Shown here: piece by piece, positions 30,941 to 39,972 of the stretch | Numbering within the stretch: the first letter of the stretch is position 1 | Layout of the letters: each line of letters starts with the position of its first letter | Origin: Neptuniibacter sp. PT8_73 | GTDB lineage: Bacteria > Pseudomonadota > Gammaproteobacteria > Pseudomonadales > Balneatricaceae | Assembly: GCF_047778045.1 (NCBI RefSeq) | Contig: NZ_CP180545.1 | Coordinates: 1,649,480 to 1,713,479, forward strand | DNA: 64,000 nt | Reading direction: 5' to 3' | Notes under the pieces: model-generated | What the model saw: the letters and a program-made list of their open reading frames with translations, nothing else | Database searches by the model: none | What the model was told of the DNA's origin: nothing | Translations under genes and position numbers: made by a program

Positions 30941-33061
30941 ATGGACGCAGGAGCTTCTGTATTCTTTGTTTCGACCACGGGCGTTGTCGCGCTTGTCCTT
31001 ATCATGTTTTTAACCTCGCGCTACAAAAAAGTACGCCGTGAAGGTGAAGCAATGATTGTAAACGGTACACGAGGTACGCGTGCCTCTCTAACAGGAACGT
31101 TTGTATGGCCTGTAGTTAACCGCTATGAATATATGGATATTACCCGTAAAAATATCTCAGTGACTCGTAGCGGTAGTAGAGATCAGGAGGGTGAGGAATA
31201 CGAAGGTCTTCACTGCAAAGATAATATCCGAGCTGACCTCAAGGTTGATTTTTATATTGGTGTAAATCACGAAGAGCAGGACATTGTTCGTGTCGCTAAA
31301 CTATTTACGACGCAAGGTGCTTCCGATCCAATGGGTCTTCGAGATCACTTCCAGCCAAAATTCTCTGAAGCGTTGAAAACAGCGGTAAAACAATTTGAGT
31401 TTGAAGAACTGCTAACTAACCGTCGCGCTTTCCGTGATGCTGTGGTGGAGGTGATTGGCAGCGAAATGGATGGTTTTAAAATCTATGACGTTGTAATCGA
31501 TAAAGTGGATCAAACAGCTTTCGATGCCCATAACCCGCAAAATATTTTGGATGTAGAGGGTATTCGTAAGATAGCCTCAATCACTTCTACCAAAAATATC
31601 GAAACCAATGCGATCCGTCAGGATGAGCAAACCAATATCAAACAGAAAAACGTTGAAGCGGAAGCTAACCGTAAACAACTTGATAAGCAGCATGCTGAAA
31701 ACGAAGCCCGCGTACAGCGTGAAATCGAGATCATTGAATCACAGGAACAAGCTCTTACAGAAGAAAAGCGTCAAGAGTATGAGCGTCTTGTTGAGGTCGC
31801 TAAGCTAGAAACTGAAGAAGAAGTTGAGAAAAAACGCGAAACAGTTCAATTGGAAGTAGAACTCACAAAAGTAGCAAATGAACGTCAGCTTGCAATTCAG
31901 CAAGAAGAAGTGAATCGGGCACGTGAAACAGAACGGGTTCGTACCGAGAAAGAGATCTCCCAGCAAGAGATGGAGAAAGAAGCTGCCATCGAAGAATCTA
32001 AGAAGTCTGTAGTTGAAACACGTTCCCAGCGTGTAGAGATCGAACGTAAGATCGCTCGTGAAGAGGAAGAGACCAAGAACCTACGTGCTTTCGAAACAGT
32101 GGAACGTAGCAAGAAAGTCCAAGTAATTGAAGCGGAAGCAGAAGCTGAGGCCGAAGGTATTAAGGCTATTGCCCATGCTCGTGCAGAGAAAGAAGCTGAA
32201 GCGGAACTGGCTGAGAAAAGCCTGATTCGTAATGAGGCCGAACTGAAAATTAAGAACCGTGAAGCTGAGAACGATCTAAATGTTAAAACGCGTAACGCTG
32301 AAGCTGAACTGATTGCACAGACTAAAGCCGCTGAAGCCAAAGAGCGCATGGCGAAAGCAACGCGTGAAGAAATTCAGGTTGAAGGTTTGGCTGAAGTTGA
32401 AGTTGAGCGTCAACGAGCTGATGCGATTCGTGAAAAAGGTATTGCCGAAGCAGAAAGCTTACGTGCGATTGGTACTGCAGAAGCGGAAACTATGCAGGCT
32501 AAAGGTAGCGCGGATGCTGACGCTAAGCAGGCAATTGGTTTTGCTGAGGCTGAAGCACTACAAGCGAAAGGCTTGGCGGAAGCTAAAGCTCAGACTGCTC
32601 GTTTTGAAGCTGCTCAAGCACACGATGAGCAGACCCGTGAATACGATAAGTGGGTTGTTGAACTACAGAAAGATAAAGAGCTCGAACTGGCTCGTATCGA
32701 AGCACAGCGCCACATGTCTGTTGATAATGCTAAGGCATTGGCTTCTGCGCTTGCTGAAGCTGATATCAAACTATTCGGTGGCCAAGGTATGGAAGAACTA
32801 CGCCGTACAGTAATGGATTCTGCGCGAATCGATACGCGCTTTACCAACTCCGAAGTTCTTAACCCATTGGTACGTGAGTACGTTGAAAATGACCGCAGTT
32901 TGCCTGATGACGTCCGTGCGATTCTTGAAAAGTGCAATGTAAATACTGGCGATATGAGCAATATCGCGCTGGCTGGCTTGGCTAACAAGCTAACTAGCAA
33001 TTCCGATGTACTTTCATCACTTAAAGAATTGGTTACTGGTACTGATAAATCAGAATCTTAA
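30941..33061 (+). CDS. SPFH/band-7 flotillin-like protein (YqiK-like) with long Ala/Glu-rich coiled coil
   Basis: N-terminal transmembrane segment, SPFH domain, then about 350 aa of EA-rich heptads (AEAEAEAEGIKAIAHARAEKEAEAELAEK...). ATG 30941 with GGAG RBS. The track's 30929 is a TTG. Confidence 0.8.
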   Translation: MDAGASVFFVSTTGVVALVLIMFLTSRYKKVRREGEAMIVNGTRGTRASLTGTFVWPVVNRYEYMDITRKNISVTRSGSRDQEGEEYEGLHCKDNIRADLKVDFYIGVNHEEQDIVRVAKLFTTQGASDPMGLRDHFQPKFSEALKTAVKQFEFEELLTNRRAFRDAVVEVIGSEMDGFKIYDVVIDKVDQTAFDAHNPQNILDVEGIRKIASITSTKNIETNAIRQDEQTNIKQKNVEAEANRKQLDKQHAENEARVQREIEIIESQEQALTEEKRQEYERLVEVAKLETEEEVEKKRETVQLEVELTKVANERQLAIQQEEVNRARETERVRTEKEISQQEMEKEAAIEESKKSVVETRSQRVEIERKIAREEEETKNLRAFETVERSKKVQVIEAEAEAEAEGIKAIAHARAEKEAEAELAEKSLIRNEAELKIKNREAENDLNVKTRNAEAELIAQTKAAEAKERMAKATREEIQVEGLAEVEVERQRADAIREKGIAEAESLRAIGTAEAETMQAKGSADADAKQAIGFAEAEALQAKGLAEAKAQTARFEAAQAHDEQTREYDKWVVELQKDKELELARIEAQRHMSVDNAKALASALAEADIKLFGGQGMEELRRTVMDSARIDTRFTNSEVLNPLVREYVENDRSLPDDVRAILEKCNVNTGDMSNIALAGLANKLTSNSDVLSSLKELVTGTDKSES

Positions 33062-33087
33062 TCGCTTAGGAACTCCAAAGTAACTTT

Positions 33088-33120
33088 AGCCTCCTTATCA
33101 CCTGGGAGGCTTTGTTCTTT
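33088..33120 (+). terminator. hairpin plus T-tract between flotillin and the giant ATPase gene (possible attenuator or partial terminator)
   Basis: agcctcc-ttatcacctg-ggaggct followed by ttgttcttt. Confidence 0.4.
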
Positions 33121-33149
33121 GGACTAGAGGTCACTGTAGGGAAAGTTTG

Positions 33150-36100
33150 ATGGATCAGAATCAGGACGTTTTGAACCAGGCCGTTGAATCGGGCGGTGCT
33201 TATGAAATCTTAAAAGCGCGCTTAGCCAGCCAAGGGGCTGAACTAAAAGGGTTAGTTGATCAATTAAATAAGGCTCGTCAGGAGGCATTTGGTGCGTCCA
33301 GTACTGAGTTGGTTGGCAAGGTTAATGTTCATACCCAAAATAACTGTCTTCCTGTCGATATGGCACAGGTCAACGATCAGTTACTCTTTGGCTATCAAGT
33401 ATTTGTTGGGCTTAAAGCAGCGCCTGAAGTCAAAGATGTTCTAGGCCTATATCGTCTATCAGAAACTGATAATCAGTTTCGGATTGATAGTGAGCCTTTA
33501 GCAGATTCTTTTCTTGATGATCCTCGCTTTGTTCATTCTTTTAACGAACTTTTTCGTTACTACAGTGACGCTAAACTGGTTCAAATTAGCCGCAGGGATT
33601 TCTGGCTATGTGTCGTTTTCCAAATTGGTAGTCGCCCAGAAGATCGTAAGGTTTATCGTTGGCAGCTTAAAGATAGTGGTGCGATCGAATATATAGACGA
33701 TCAAGGCCATAAAGAGCTGGATGGAGTCGGCAATCAGCTTGATGTTGATTGGCGTGAAACCGGGCGTAAGAATCATATAACCGGTGATTACCCTCATGTA
33801 TCGATTAATGATCGTATCTTTGTTGAGTGTGTTGGCGGTGATCTGACTGTAAAGCTTGAGAACAATACTCAAGAAGGGCGAGGGATCTATTCTGAGCCTG
33901 TCGAAGATCCTCATCAAACCGTTGCTGATGCAGAGATAAGTTACGCAGAAGTATCTAGTTTTATTCTGCTACGTATCAGACCAAACCGTGAGAAAGATTA
34001 CCGATATTTTGTTTACGACAGCCTGACTGAAAAGGTGCAACGGGTCGACTCCCTAGGCCAATGCTGTAAGTTACTACCTGAGGATCACGGTCTGTTATTT
34101 GCCAATGGTTACGCTTTGGCGAATGGAGAATTAAAACTCTTCCAAGATGATTGGAGTGGGATGCAATTCTTCCATGATATTCACGCCCCTAATGGTGAAG
34201 ATGCGTTTTACATTTTCTTCGATCCACAACACGGCGCTTACCTACAATATCAATATAACCTGATAGAAAAGACGGTATCTCCACCTGTATATAGTCATGG
34301 TTACAGTTTATATCCTGACGGACGCATGCTGGTTTTCCGTGTCAGTGATAATGCTGAAGCCAGTAAAACCCACCCTATGCGTATTTGGCAGACGCCTTTC
34401 ATGAGTGCCGATCTTTATGAAGCATCGCGACAAGAGGGTGGTGAAGGTTTTTATCGCAATTTAGGGAATGCCGAGTTAGTGAAAGGTATTTCTGAATTGA
34501 ATTCGGTCATTCAAATGACCAAAACGACAGAAATTAGTCAAACGCTTTATGAAGCTTTGGTAACTCACTGTGATGCAGCAGTCGATCAATATCATTGGTT
34601 AACGGATACAGAAACTCAGGGTGTTGACCAAAAACTATCTGAATTAGCGACAACGGCTGAACAGATCATTGATGAGTTCGCTAAAGTCCGAACTCTGCAG
34701 AAACAAGCGAAACAACAAACCGAAGAGCAAGCTCAGAAGCAGCATGATCTGCTAGGTAGAATTAAGTTAGTTCCGTCAGATAGCACAACAGATCTAATTG
34801 AATTGTTAGACGAGACTAAATCGCAGCTTGGCCACGTAATTAGCCTGCGTGAAATGCGTTATGTTAACGCTAGCCAGCTCGATGAAATGGAAGCTGCGTT
34901 AGATGAAGCTCGAAGTGGCTTGAACGCTAAATTACTAGAGCTTTTACAACAAGAGAAAGCTTACCAACCTTATCTAAAGCGCATCGATGCATTGGATTTG
35001 GCGCTTCCAGAAACAGAGAAAACAGCTGCGCTAGACCATTTGGCTGAAGATGCCGGCAAGATCCGTAGAGATCTAAATCTGGTCAATCAAGAAGTTTCAG
35101 ATATTGAAACTGATGATCCTACTAGCACGACAAAAATCCTCGATCTAACAACTGAGGTGATGGCGCGGTTAAACGCTACCGAAGCGCGTTTACGTAATCG
35201 TCGTTCTGAATTAAGAGATGGCGAAGCTAAAGCTGAATTTGCATCACAGCTTAAGCTCCTTACTCAGGCGATGACATCTGCTCTCGGTCAAGTTGATACA
35301 CCGGAAGCCTGTGATGATCAGCTTGCGCGCTTAATGGGGATCGTAGATAAGCTTGAAAGTCGATTTGCTGAATTCGATCAGTACCTAGCTGAGATCTACA
35401 ACAGACGGGACGAAGTTCAAGCAGCCTTTGAAGCGCAGAAGCAGCAGCTTTTATCTGCTCGACAAAAGCGAGTTGAAAATATTAGCCAAGCAGCTCAAAT
35501 CACGCTGAAAAGTATCGAAAAGCGTGTAGGAAAATTCGCTGAGCTTGACGACCTGAATAGCTATTTTGCAGCAGATGCGATGGTGCAGAAGTATCGCCAA
35601 TTGTGTAAAAACGTTCAGGAGCTTGGAGATAGCGTCAAAGCTGATGAATTAAGTGGCCGTATCAAAGCGCTGCAGGACCAATCTCTACGTTCACTCCGAG
35701 ATAATCAAGATATCTTTGAGCAGGGCGGCGATATTTTACGACTTGGCCGACACAAATTTAGCGTCAATCAACAGCCCTTAGAGCTTACCTTAGTCGATCG
35801 AGATGATGGTCTTAATTTACACCTAACGGGGACTGATTTTTACCAATCGGTTGTTGATGATGAGTTTCTGCGTTTACGTAAATACGCCGCGATGGATGTT
35901 AGCTCGGAAAGTAATGAAGTCTACCGAGCGGAGTATCTGGCTTATCTTATTTTAACATCGGCAGAATCAAAGCAATCTGGCTTGTCACTTGATCTCTTAG
36001 TTAAAGCCGCAAGTGAAAATGAACTGCAGCCTTTAGTTGATAAGTTTGCAGCTCCTCGTTATCGAGAGGGCTATGTAAAAGGTGTACATGACAAAGATGC

Positions 36101-38063
36101 AGGGACATTACTCAAGGCTATTATGCCGGTGTACGCCGATGCTGGTTTATTAAGGTTTAGTCAGAAAATACGTACAACGGGTTTGCTGTTTATCGCAGGG
36201 CTAGATAACAGTGCAGCTGATGCACTTAAGAAACAATGCCGTTCAGCTTTGCTAATGCAAAAAGAGTTGGGTTCAGATAGTGCATTTGATGTGCTGTTAG
36301 ACAATTACCAAACTCAAGTTTGTGAATGTCCAATACTAGCGAAACAAGCGCTTGAATATTTGATGTATCAGTTTGGCTTAGATCAGCAGGTCTCTGTTAG
36401 CCGTGATGCAGCCGAACTTGCAGAAAATTACTTAGCATTTAGGCATGGATTAGATTGGCGTAAAAACCAAGAAAGTCTGGCAGAACAATATCAGGATCAC
36501 TTGCTTTGGGTTGAAGCCTACTGTGAACATCATAAACAAGGTATAGAGTTCGTCACAGAGGCCGCTTTAATTGCAGCCTTATCTGACAGTAGCATCCATC
36601 TAACCCCTGTCGATTTCTCTTTGAGTATCAAGGTAAACGGCTTGTTAGGTGAGCACCTTCGTGTTGATGAGGGCAAGTGGAGCGAGACTATCAATGATTG
36701 GTTAGATCGCTGCCGTCACCACATTGAAACGGTCGTACCTGCGTACGAAAAATACCTTTCTCAACGTCAAGAGATGTTAGAAAAGCAAAGAGAGACGATG
36801 CGCATACAAGAGTTTGTCGCTAGGCCGCTAACCTCTTTTGTGCGTAATAAGTTGATCAGTGAATCCTATCTAAAATTGATGGGCGATAACTTTGCTAAGC
36901 AGATGGGTACAACCGGCGATGATCGTCGAACTGACCAGATGGGGATGTTACTGCTTATATCTCCTCCGGGTTACGGTAAAACGACCTTGATCGAATATAT
37001 CGCAGGTAAGTTGGGCTTGGTATTTATGAAGATCAATTGCCCCTCTTTAGGCCATGATGTTGTATCGCTTGATCCAAATGATGCGCCAAACGCGACCGCT
37101 GCTAATGAAGTTAATAAAATTAACCTCGCACTAGAAATGGGTAACAACGTGATGCTGTATCTTGATGATATTCAGCATACCAATCCTGAATTTTTGCAGA
37201 AATTTATCTCCCTAAGTGACGGTACTCGCCGCATTGACGGTGTTTGGAATGGTGTCACTAAAACTTACGACATGCGTGGTCGAAAGTTCTCCATCGTTAT
37301 GGCGGGTAACCCTTATACAGAATCAGGGGATGTGTTCAAAATACCAGACATGCTAGCTAACCGAGCAGATATTTATAACCTCGGTGATATGCTCTCTGAT
37401 CAGCGTGATGCATTCGAGCTTTCATATATTGAAAACTCTTTAACCTCTAACAGAGTGTTGGCTCCGCTGGCAAATAGAAATCTACAAGACCTCTACAAAC
37501 TCGTAGATATGGCACGTGGGCAAAATATCCCGCTTTCTGATTTAGAGCATAGTTACTCTTCAGCAGAAGCCTCCGAAATTGTAGCTGTGCTAGAGAAGAT
37601 GATTAAGGTTCAGCAAGTTGTGCTCGCTGTAAACCAGCAATATATCGCTTCAGCTGCAACCGCTGAACAGTACCGTACAGAACCCCCTTTCAAGCTTCAG
37701 GGTAGTTACCGAAATATGAACAAGCTTGCTGAAAAGGTGGTGTCGGTCATGACCGATGATGAGCTGGAGACGCTTATCAATGATCACTACATTGGTGAGG
37801 CGCAAACCCTAACCCATGGCGCTGAAGAAAACCTGCTTAAATTGGCTGAACTGAGAGGCGCTTTAGATGACGAGTCTGAAGAGCGTTGGGAAACCATTAA
37901 GCAGCGCTTTACTCGATCCTTAGAGGCGGGTGAGGGAGAAGATGCCGGCGATCGAATGGTCAACCAGATGGTTGATGTGAATAGGAACATTCGCCTGATC
38001 GCTTGGGCAATGATGCGTGCAACTAAGGAAATTGAAGCCGCAGAGGAGCTGGAGGAAATATGA
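33150..38063 (+). CDS. giant (1637 aa) coiled-coil protein with C-terminal MoxR/AAA_5-type AAA+ ATPase domain
   Basis: Beta-rich N-terminal 450 aa, about 450 aa of coiled coil, a helical region, then an AAA+ domain: Walker A 'ISPPGYGKTT' (DNA 36969-36986), Walker B 'VMLYLDD', sensor-1 'MAGNP'. ATG 33150 with GGGAAAG RBS. Confidence 0.6.
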   Translation: MDQNQDVLNQAVESGGAYEILKARLASQGAELKGLVDQLNKARQEAFGASSTELVGKVNVHTQNNCLPVDMAQVNDQLLFGYQVFVGLKAAPEVKDVLGLYRLSETDNQFRIDSEPLADSFLDDPRFVHSFNELFRYYSDAKLVQISRRDFWLCVVFQIGSRPEDRKVYRWQLKDSGAIEYIDDQGHKELDGVGNQLDVDWRETGRKNHITGDYPHVSINDRIFVECVGGDLTVKLENNTQEGRGIYSEPVEDPHQTVADAEISYAEVSSFILLRIRPNREKDYRYFVYDSLTEKVQRVDSLGQCCKLLPEDHGLLFANGYALANGELKLFQDDWSGMQFFHDIHAPNGEDAFYIFFDPQHGAYLQYQYNLIEKTVSPPVYSHGYSLYPDGRMLVFRVSDNAEASKTHPMRIWQTPFMSADLYEASRQEGGEGFYRNLGNAELVKGISELNSVIQMTKTTEISQTLYEALVTHCDAAVDQYHWLTDTETQGVDQKLSELATTAEQIIDEFAKVRTLQKQAKQQTEEQAQKQHDLLGRIKLVPSDSTTDLIELLDETKSQLGHVISLREMRYVNASQLDEMEAALDEARSGLNAKLLELLQQEKAYQPYLKRIDALDLALPETEKTAALDHLAEDAGKIRRDLNLVNQEVSDIETDDPTSTTKILDLTTEVMARLNATEARLRNRRSELRDGEAKAEFASQLKLLTQAMTSALGQVDTPEACDDQLARLMGIVDKLESRFAEFDQYLAEIYNRRDEVQAAFEAQKQQLLSARQKRVENISQAAQITLKSIEKRVGKFAELDDLNSYFAADAMVQKYRQLCKNVQELGDSVKADELSGRIKALQDQSLRSLRDNQDIFEQGGDILRLGRHKFSVNQQPLELTLVDRDDGLNLHLTGTDFYQSVVDDEFLRLRKYAAMDVSSESNEVYRAEYLAYLILTSAESKQSGLSLDLLVKAASENELQPLVDKFAAPRYREGYVKGVHDKDAGTLLKAIMPVYADAGLLRFSQKIRTTGLLFIAGLDNSAADALKKQCRSALLMQKELGSDSAFDVLLDNYQTQVCECPILAKQALEYLMYQFGLDQQVSVSRDAAELAENYLAFRHGLDWRKNQESLAEQYQDHLLWVEAYCEHHKQGIEFVTEAALIAALSDSSIHLTPVDFSLSIKVNGLLGEHLRVDEGKWSETINDWLDRCRHHIETVVPAYEKYLSQRQEMLEKQRETMRIQEFVARPLTSFVRNKLISESYLKLMGDNFAKQMGTTGDDRRTDQMGMLLLISPPGYGKTTLIEYIAGKLGLVFMKINCPSLGHDVVSLDPNDAPNATAANEVNKINLALEMGNNVMLYLDDIQHTNPEFLQKFISLSDGTRRIDGVWNGVTKTYDMRGRKFSIVMAGNPYTESGDVFKIPDMLANRADIYNLGDMLSDQRDAFELSYIENSLTSNRVLAPLANRNLQDLYKLVDMARGQNIPLSDLEHSYSSAEASEIVAVLEKMIKVQQVVLAVNQQYIASAATAEQYRTEPPFKLQGSYRNMNKLAEKVVSVMTDDELETLINDHYIGEAQTLTHGAEENLLKLAELRGALDDESEERWETIKQRFTRSLEAGEGEDAGDRMVNQMVDVNRNIRLIAWAMMRATKEIEAAEELEEI

Positions 38064-38776
38064 TTACTCAAATGGATATTGAGAAAATGTTGGTCGAGAG
38101 CTTTGAGGATCAACGTCTCTCCTCAGACGAAAGAGTGGAGCTTCGAGAGTTGATTGAGCAACTCGCAGCTCAACCTGAACTGCAATCTTTCGCGCGTAAT
38201 AAAGCTTTTTCAATTGCCAAGAATTCTGCTGAAAATGGCTTGATTGAGATCGCTTCTCTGAATTGGTTGGACAAGGTTGTTAAGACATTAGACAACACGG
38301 GTAAATCAGCGCCTATCAGAACTCAGTCAGCTTTTTCGCCGGGAGAAGATTGTAGATCTCTGATTCAACAGGAGATAAAACGTAGTCAGAAATCTATAGA
38401 TATCTGCGTTTTTACAATCACCGATCAGCCGCTACGCGACGCTATTCTAGCCGCACATAATCGAGGAATTAAGGTTCGTATCCTCACAGATCAGGATAAA
38501 GCGAACGATTTAGGTAGCGATATCGACTATCTAATGCATAAAGGAGTTGATGTGCTTTTGGATACGAGCCCATGGCACATGCATCATAAATTTGCTCTGT
38601 TTGACGGGGTGAGATTATTGAATGGAAGTTTTAATTGGACACGCTCAGCAAGTGATCGTAATCAAGAGAACCTTACGCTGACGGATAATCAAGAAATCGT
38701 ATCGGCATTTGCCGCTGAATTTGAAGCATTATGGACTCGCCACAGCAGTGTGCGGGTGGAGAGGGAGCCAGCATGA
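38060..38776 (+). CDS. phospholipase D superfamily single-HKD protein (Nuc-like)
   Basis: HKD motif 'HMHHKFALFDG...LNGSFNWT' near the C-terminus. ATG overlaps the TGA of the ATPase gene (ATGA at 38060-38063). GGAGG RBS. Confidence 0.7.
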   Translation: MITQMDIEKMLVESFEDQRLSSDERVELRELIEQLAAQPELQSFARNKAFSIAKNSAENGLIEIASLNWLDKVVKTLDNTGKSAPIRTQSAFSPGEDCRSLIQQEIKRSQKSIDICVFTITDQPLRDAILAAHNRGIKVRILTDQDKANDLGSDIDYLMHKGVDVLLDTSPWHMHHKFALFDGVRLLNGSFNWTRSASDRNQENLTLTDNQEIVSAFAAEFEALWTRHSSVRVEREPA

Positions 38777-39846
38777 CACAGGAAATAAGCACTCAAATCG
38801 AGAAGTTTGAACCGAGTCAAATGACTGAAGAGCAGCAGCAACGTGCGGTTGCCATTTCGCAGGATTATGACCCGTTGGACTCTATGGCGACAATCACCTT
38901 TGGTAAAGAGGCGATGGAAAGCATCACTGCTTTTTCAGATCAGGTGTTGGAGCAAGTCCGTACTAAAGATACTGGGGAAGCGGGGGATATCCTAGAAGCG
39001 ATGGTGACTCAGATGAAGAGCTCGCGCTTTGAAGATATTAAACCTGATTCCTTCCTCTCGCGTTTGCCTCTTATCGGTGAGCTTTTCCAAACATTTGGTA
39101 AGTTTGTAAAAGGATTTGATTCGGTTAAAGGCCGTTTAGATGAATTAGAGCAAAAATTAAATGCCCAAGGTCATCGTCTAGAGAAAGATATTGTCCAGTT
39201 AGATGGTTTGTATGATGAAAACTTAAACTTGCTGCAACAATTAGATATCTACTTAGAAGCGGGTCAAATCACGCTTGATCGCCTGAATAACGAGCAGATT
39301 CCTGAGCTAAGTAAGTTGGCTGAGTCCAGTGGTGATCCAGTAGATAGTCAAAAATTACGAGATCTACAGCAAGCGACAGGTCGCCTAGAAAAACGCCTAC
39401 ATAATTTAAAACAAGCGCGTTTAGCTGCGCTGCAAACTGCACCTCAAATCCGTTTGTCTCAAGAGGGTAACAAAATGTTAATGGAAGATATCCAAGATAT
39501 CATCCATAACACTATCCCTCTATGGAAGCGCCAGTTCCTTATTGCGATCTCTAACTATGAGAAAGAAAAAGCGCTTAAGGTGACACGTACGGTTAAGGAT
39601 TACACTAACCAGCAGTACCTACAAAATGCTCAAAAGCTACAAAGCCTAGAAGAGCAGATAGCGGAAAACTACCAGCGTGGTATTTTGGATCTGGATACCT
39701 TAAAAGAGGTGAACCAAATCACTATCGATACGCTAAACAATACGCTTAAGCACTACGAAGAAGGTCGTCGTATGCGTCAAGAAGCTGAGAAGGCTATTAC
39801 TCAAGCTGAGGAAGAGCTAAAACAAGCTCTGATGCAGACAGTATAA
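38773..39846 (+). CDS. TelA/KlaA-like toxic-anion-resistance family protein
   Basis: 357 aa helical protein whose N-terminal region resembles TelA ('DPLDSMATITFGKEAMESI...'). ATG 38773 overlaps the PLD TGA (ATGA). RBS GAGGGAG. Confidence 0.55.
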   Translation: MTQEISTQIEKFEPSQMTEEQQQRAVAISQDYDPLDSMATITFGKEAMESITAFSDQVLEQVRTKDTGEAGDILEAMVTQMKSSRFEDIKPDSFLSRLPLIGELFQTFGKFVKGFDSVKGRLDELEQKLNAQGHRLEKDIVQLDGLYDENLNLLQQLDIYLEAGQITLDRLNNEQIPELSKLAESSGDPVDSQKLRDLQQATGRLEKRLHNLKQARLAALQTAPQIRLSQEGNKMLMEDIQDIIHNTIPLWKRQFLIAISNYEKEKALKVTRTVKDYTNQQYLQNAQKLQSLEEQIAENYQRGILDLDTLKEVNQITIDTLNNTLKHYEEGRRMRQEAEKAITQAEEELKQALMQTV

Positions 39847-39916
39847 AAAGATTAAACATCTTGTTATTTGATAAAGGTTAATGTCGTTCATTAGCCTTTT
39901 TTATTTTTAAGCGTAT

Positions 39917-39946
39917 AAAAAAACCGGCCTAAGTAGGCCGGTTTAA
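39917..39946. terminator. bidirectional rho-independent terminator
   Basis: aaaccggcct-aagt-aggccggttt flanked by A/T runs, between the convergent TelA-like and acidic-protein genes. Confidence 0.7.
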
Positions 39947-39972
39947 AGTATCGCAGCGATTAAGAAGGGGGG

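Noticed and set aside
31608-33000. ORFs of 66-166 aa on other frames and strands within the flotillin gene (31608-31808, 31897-32349, 32313-32813, 32614-33000).
   Set aside because: They are artefacts of the GAAGC-type low-complexity repeat. Their translations are poly-Ser/Ala/Leu/Arg nonsense.
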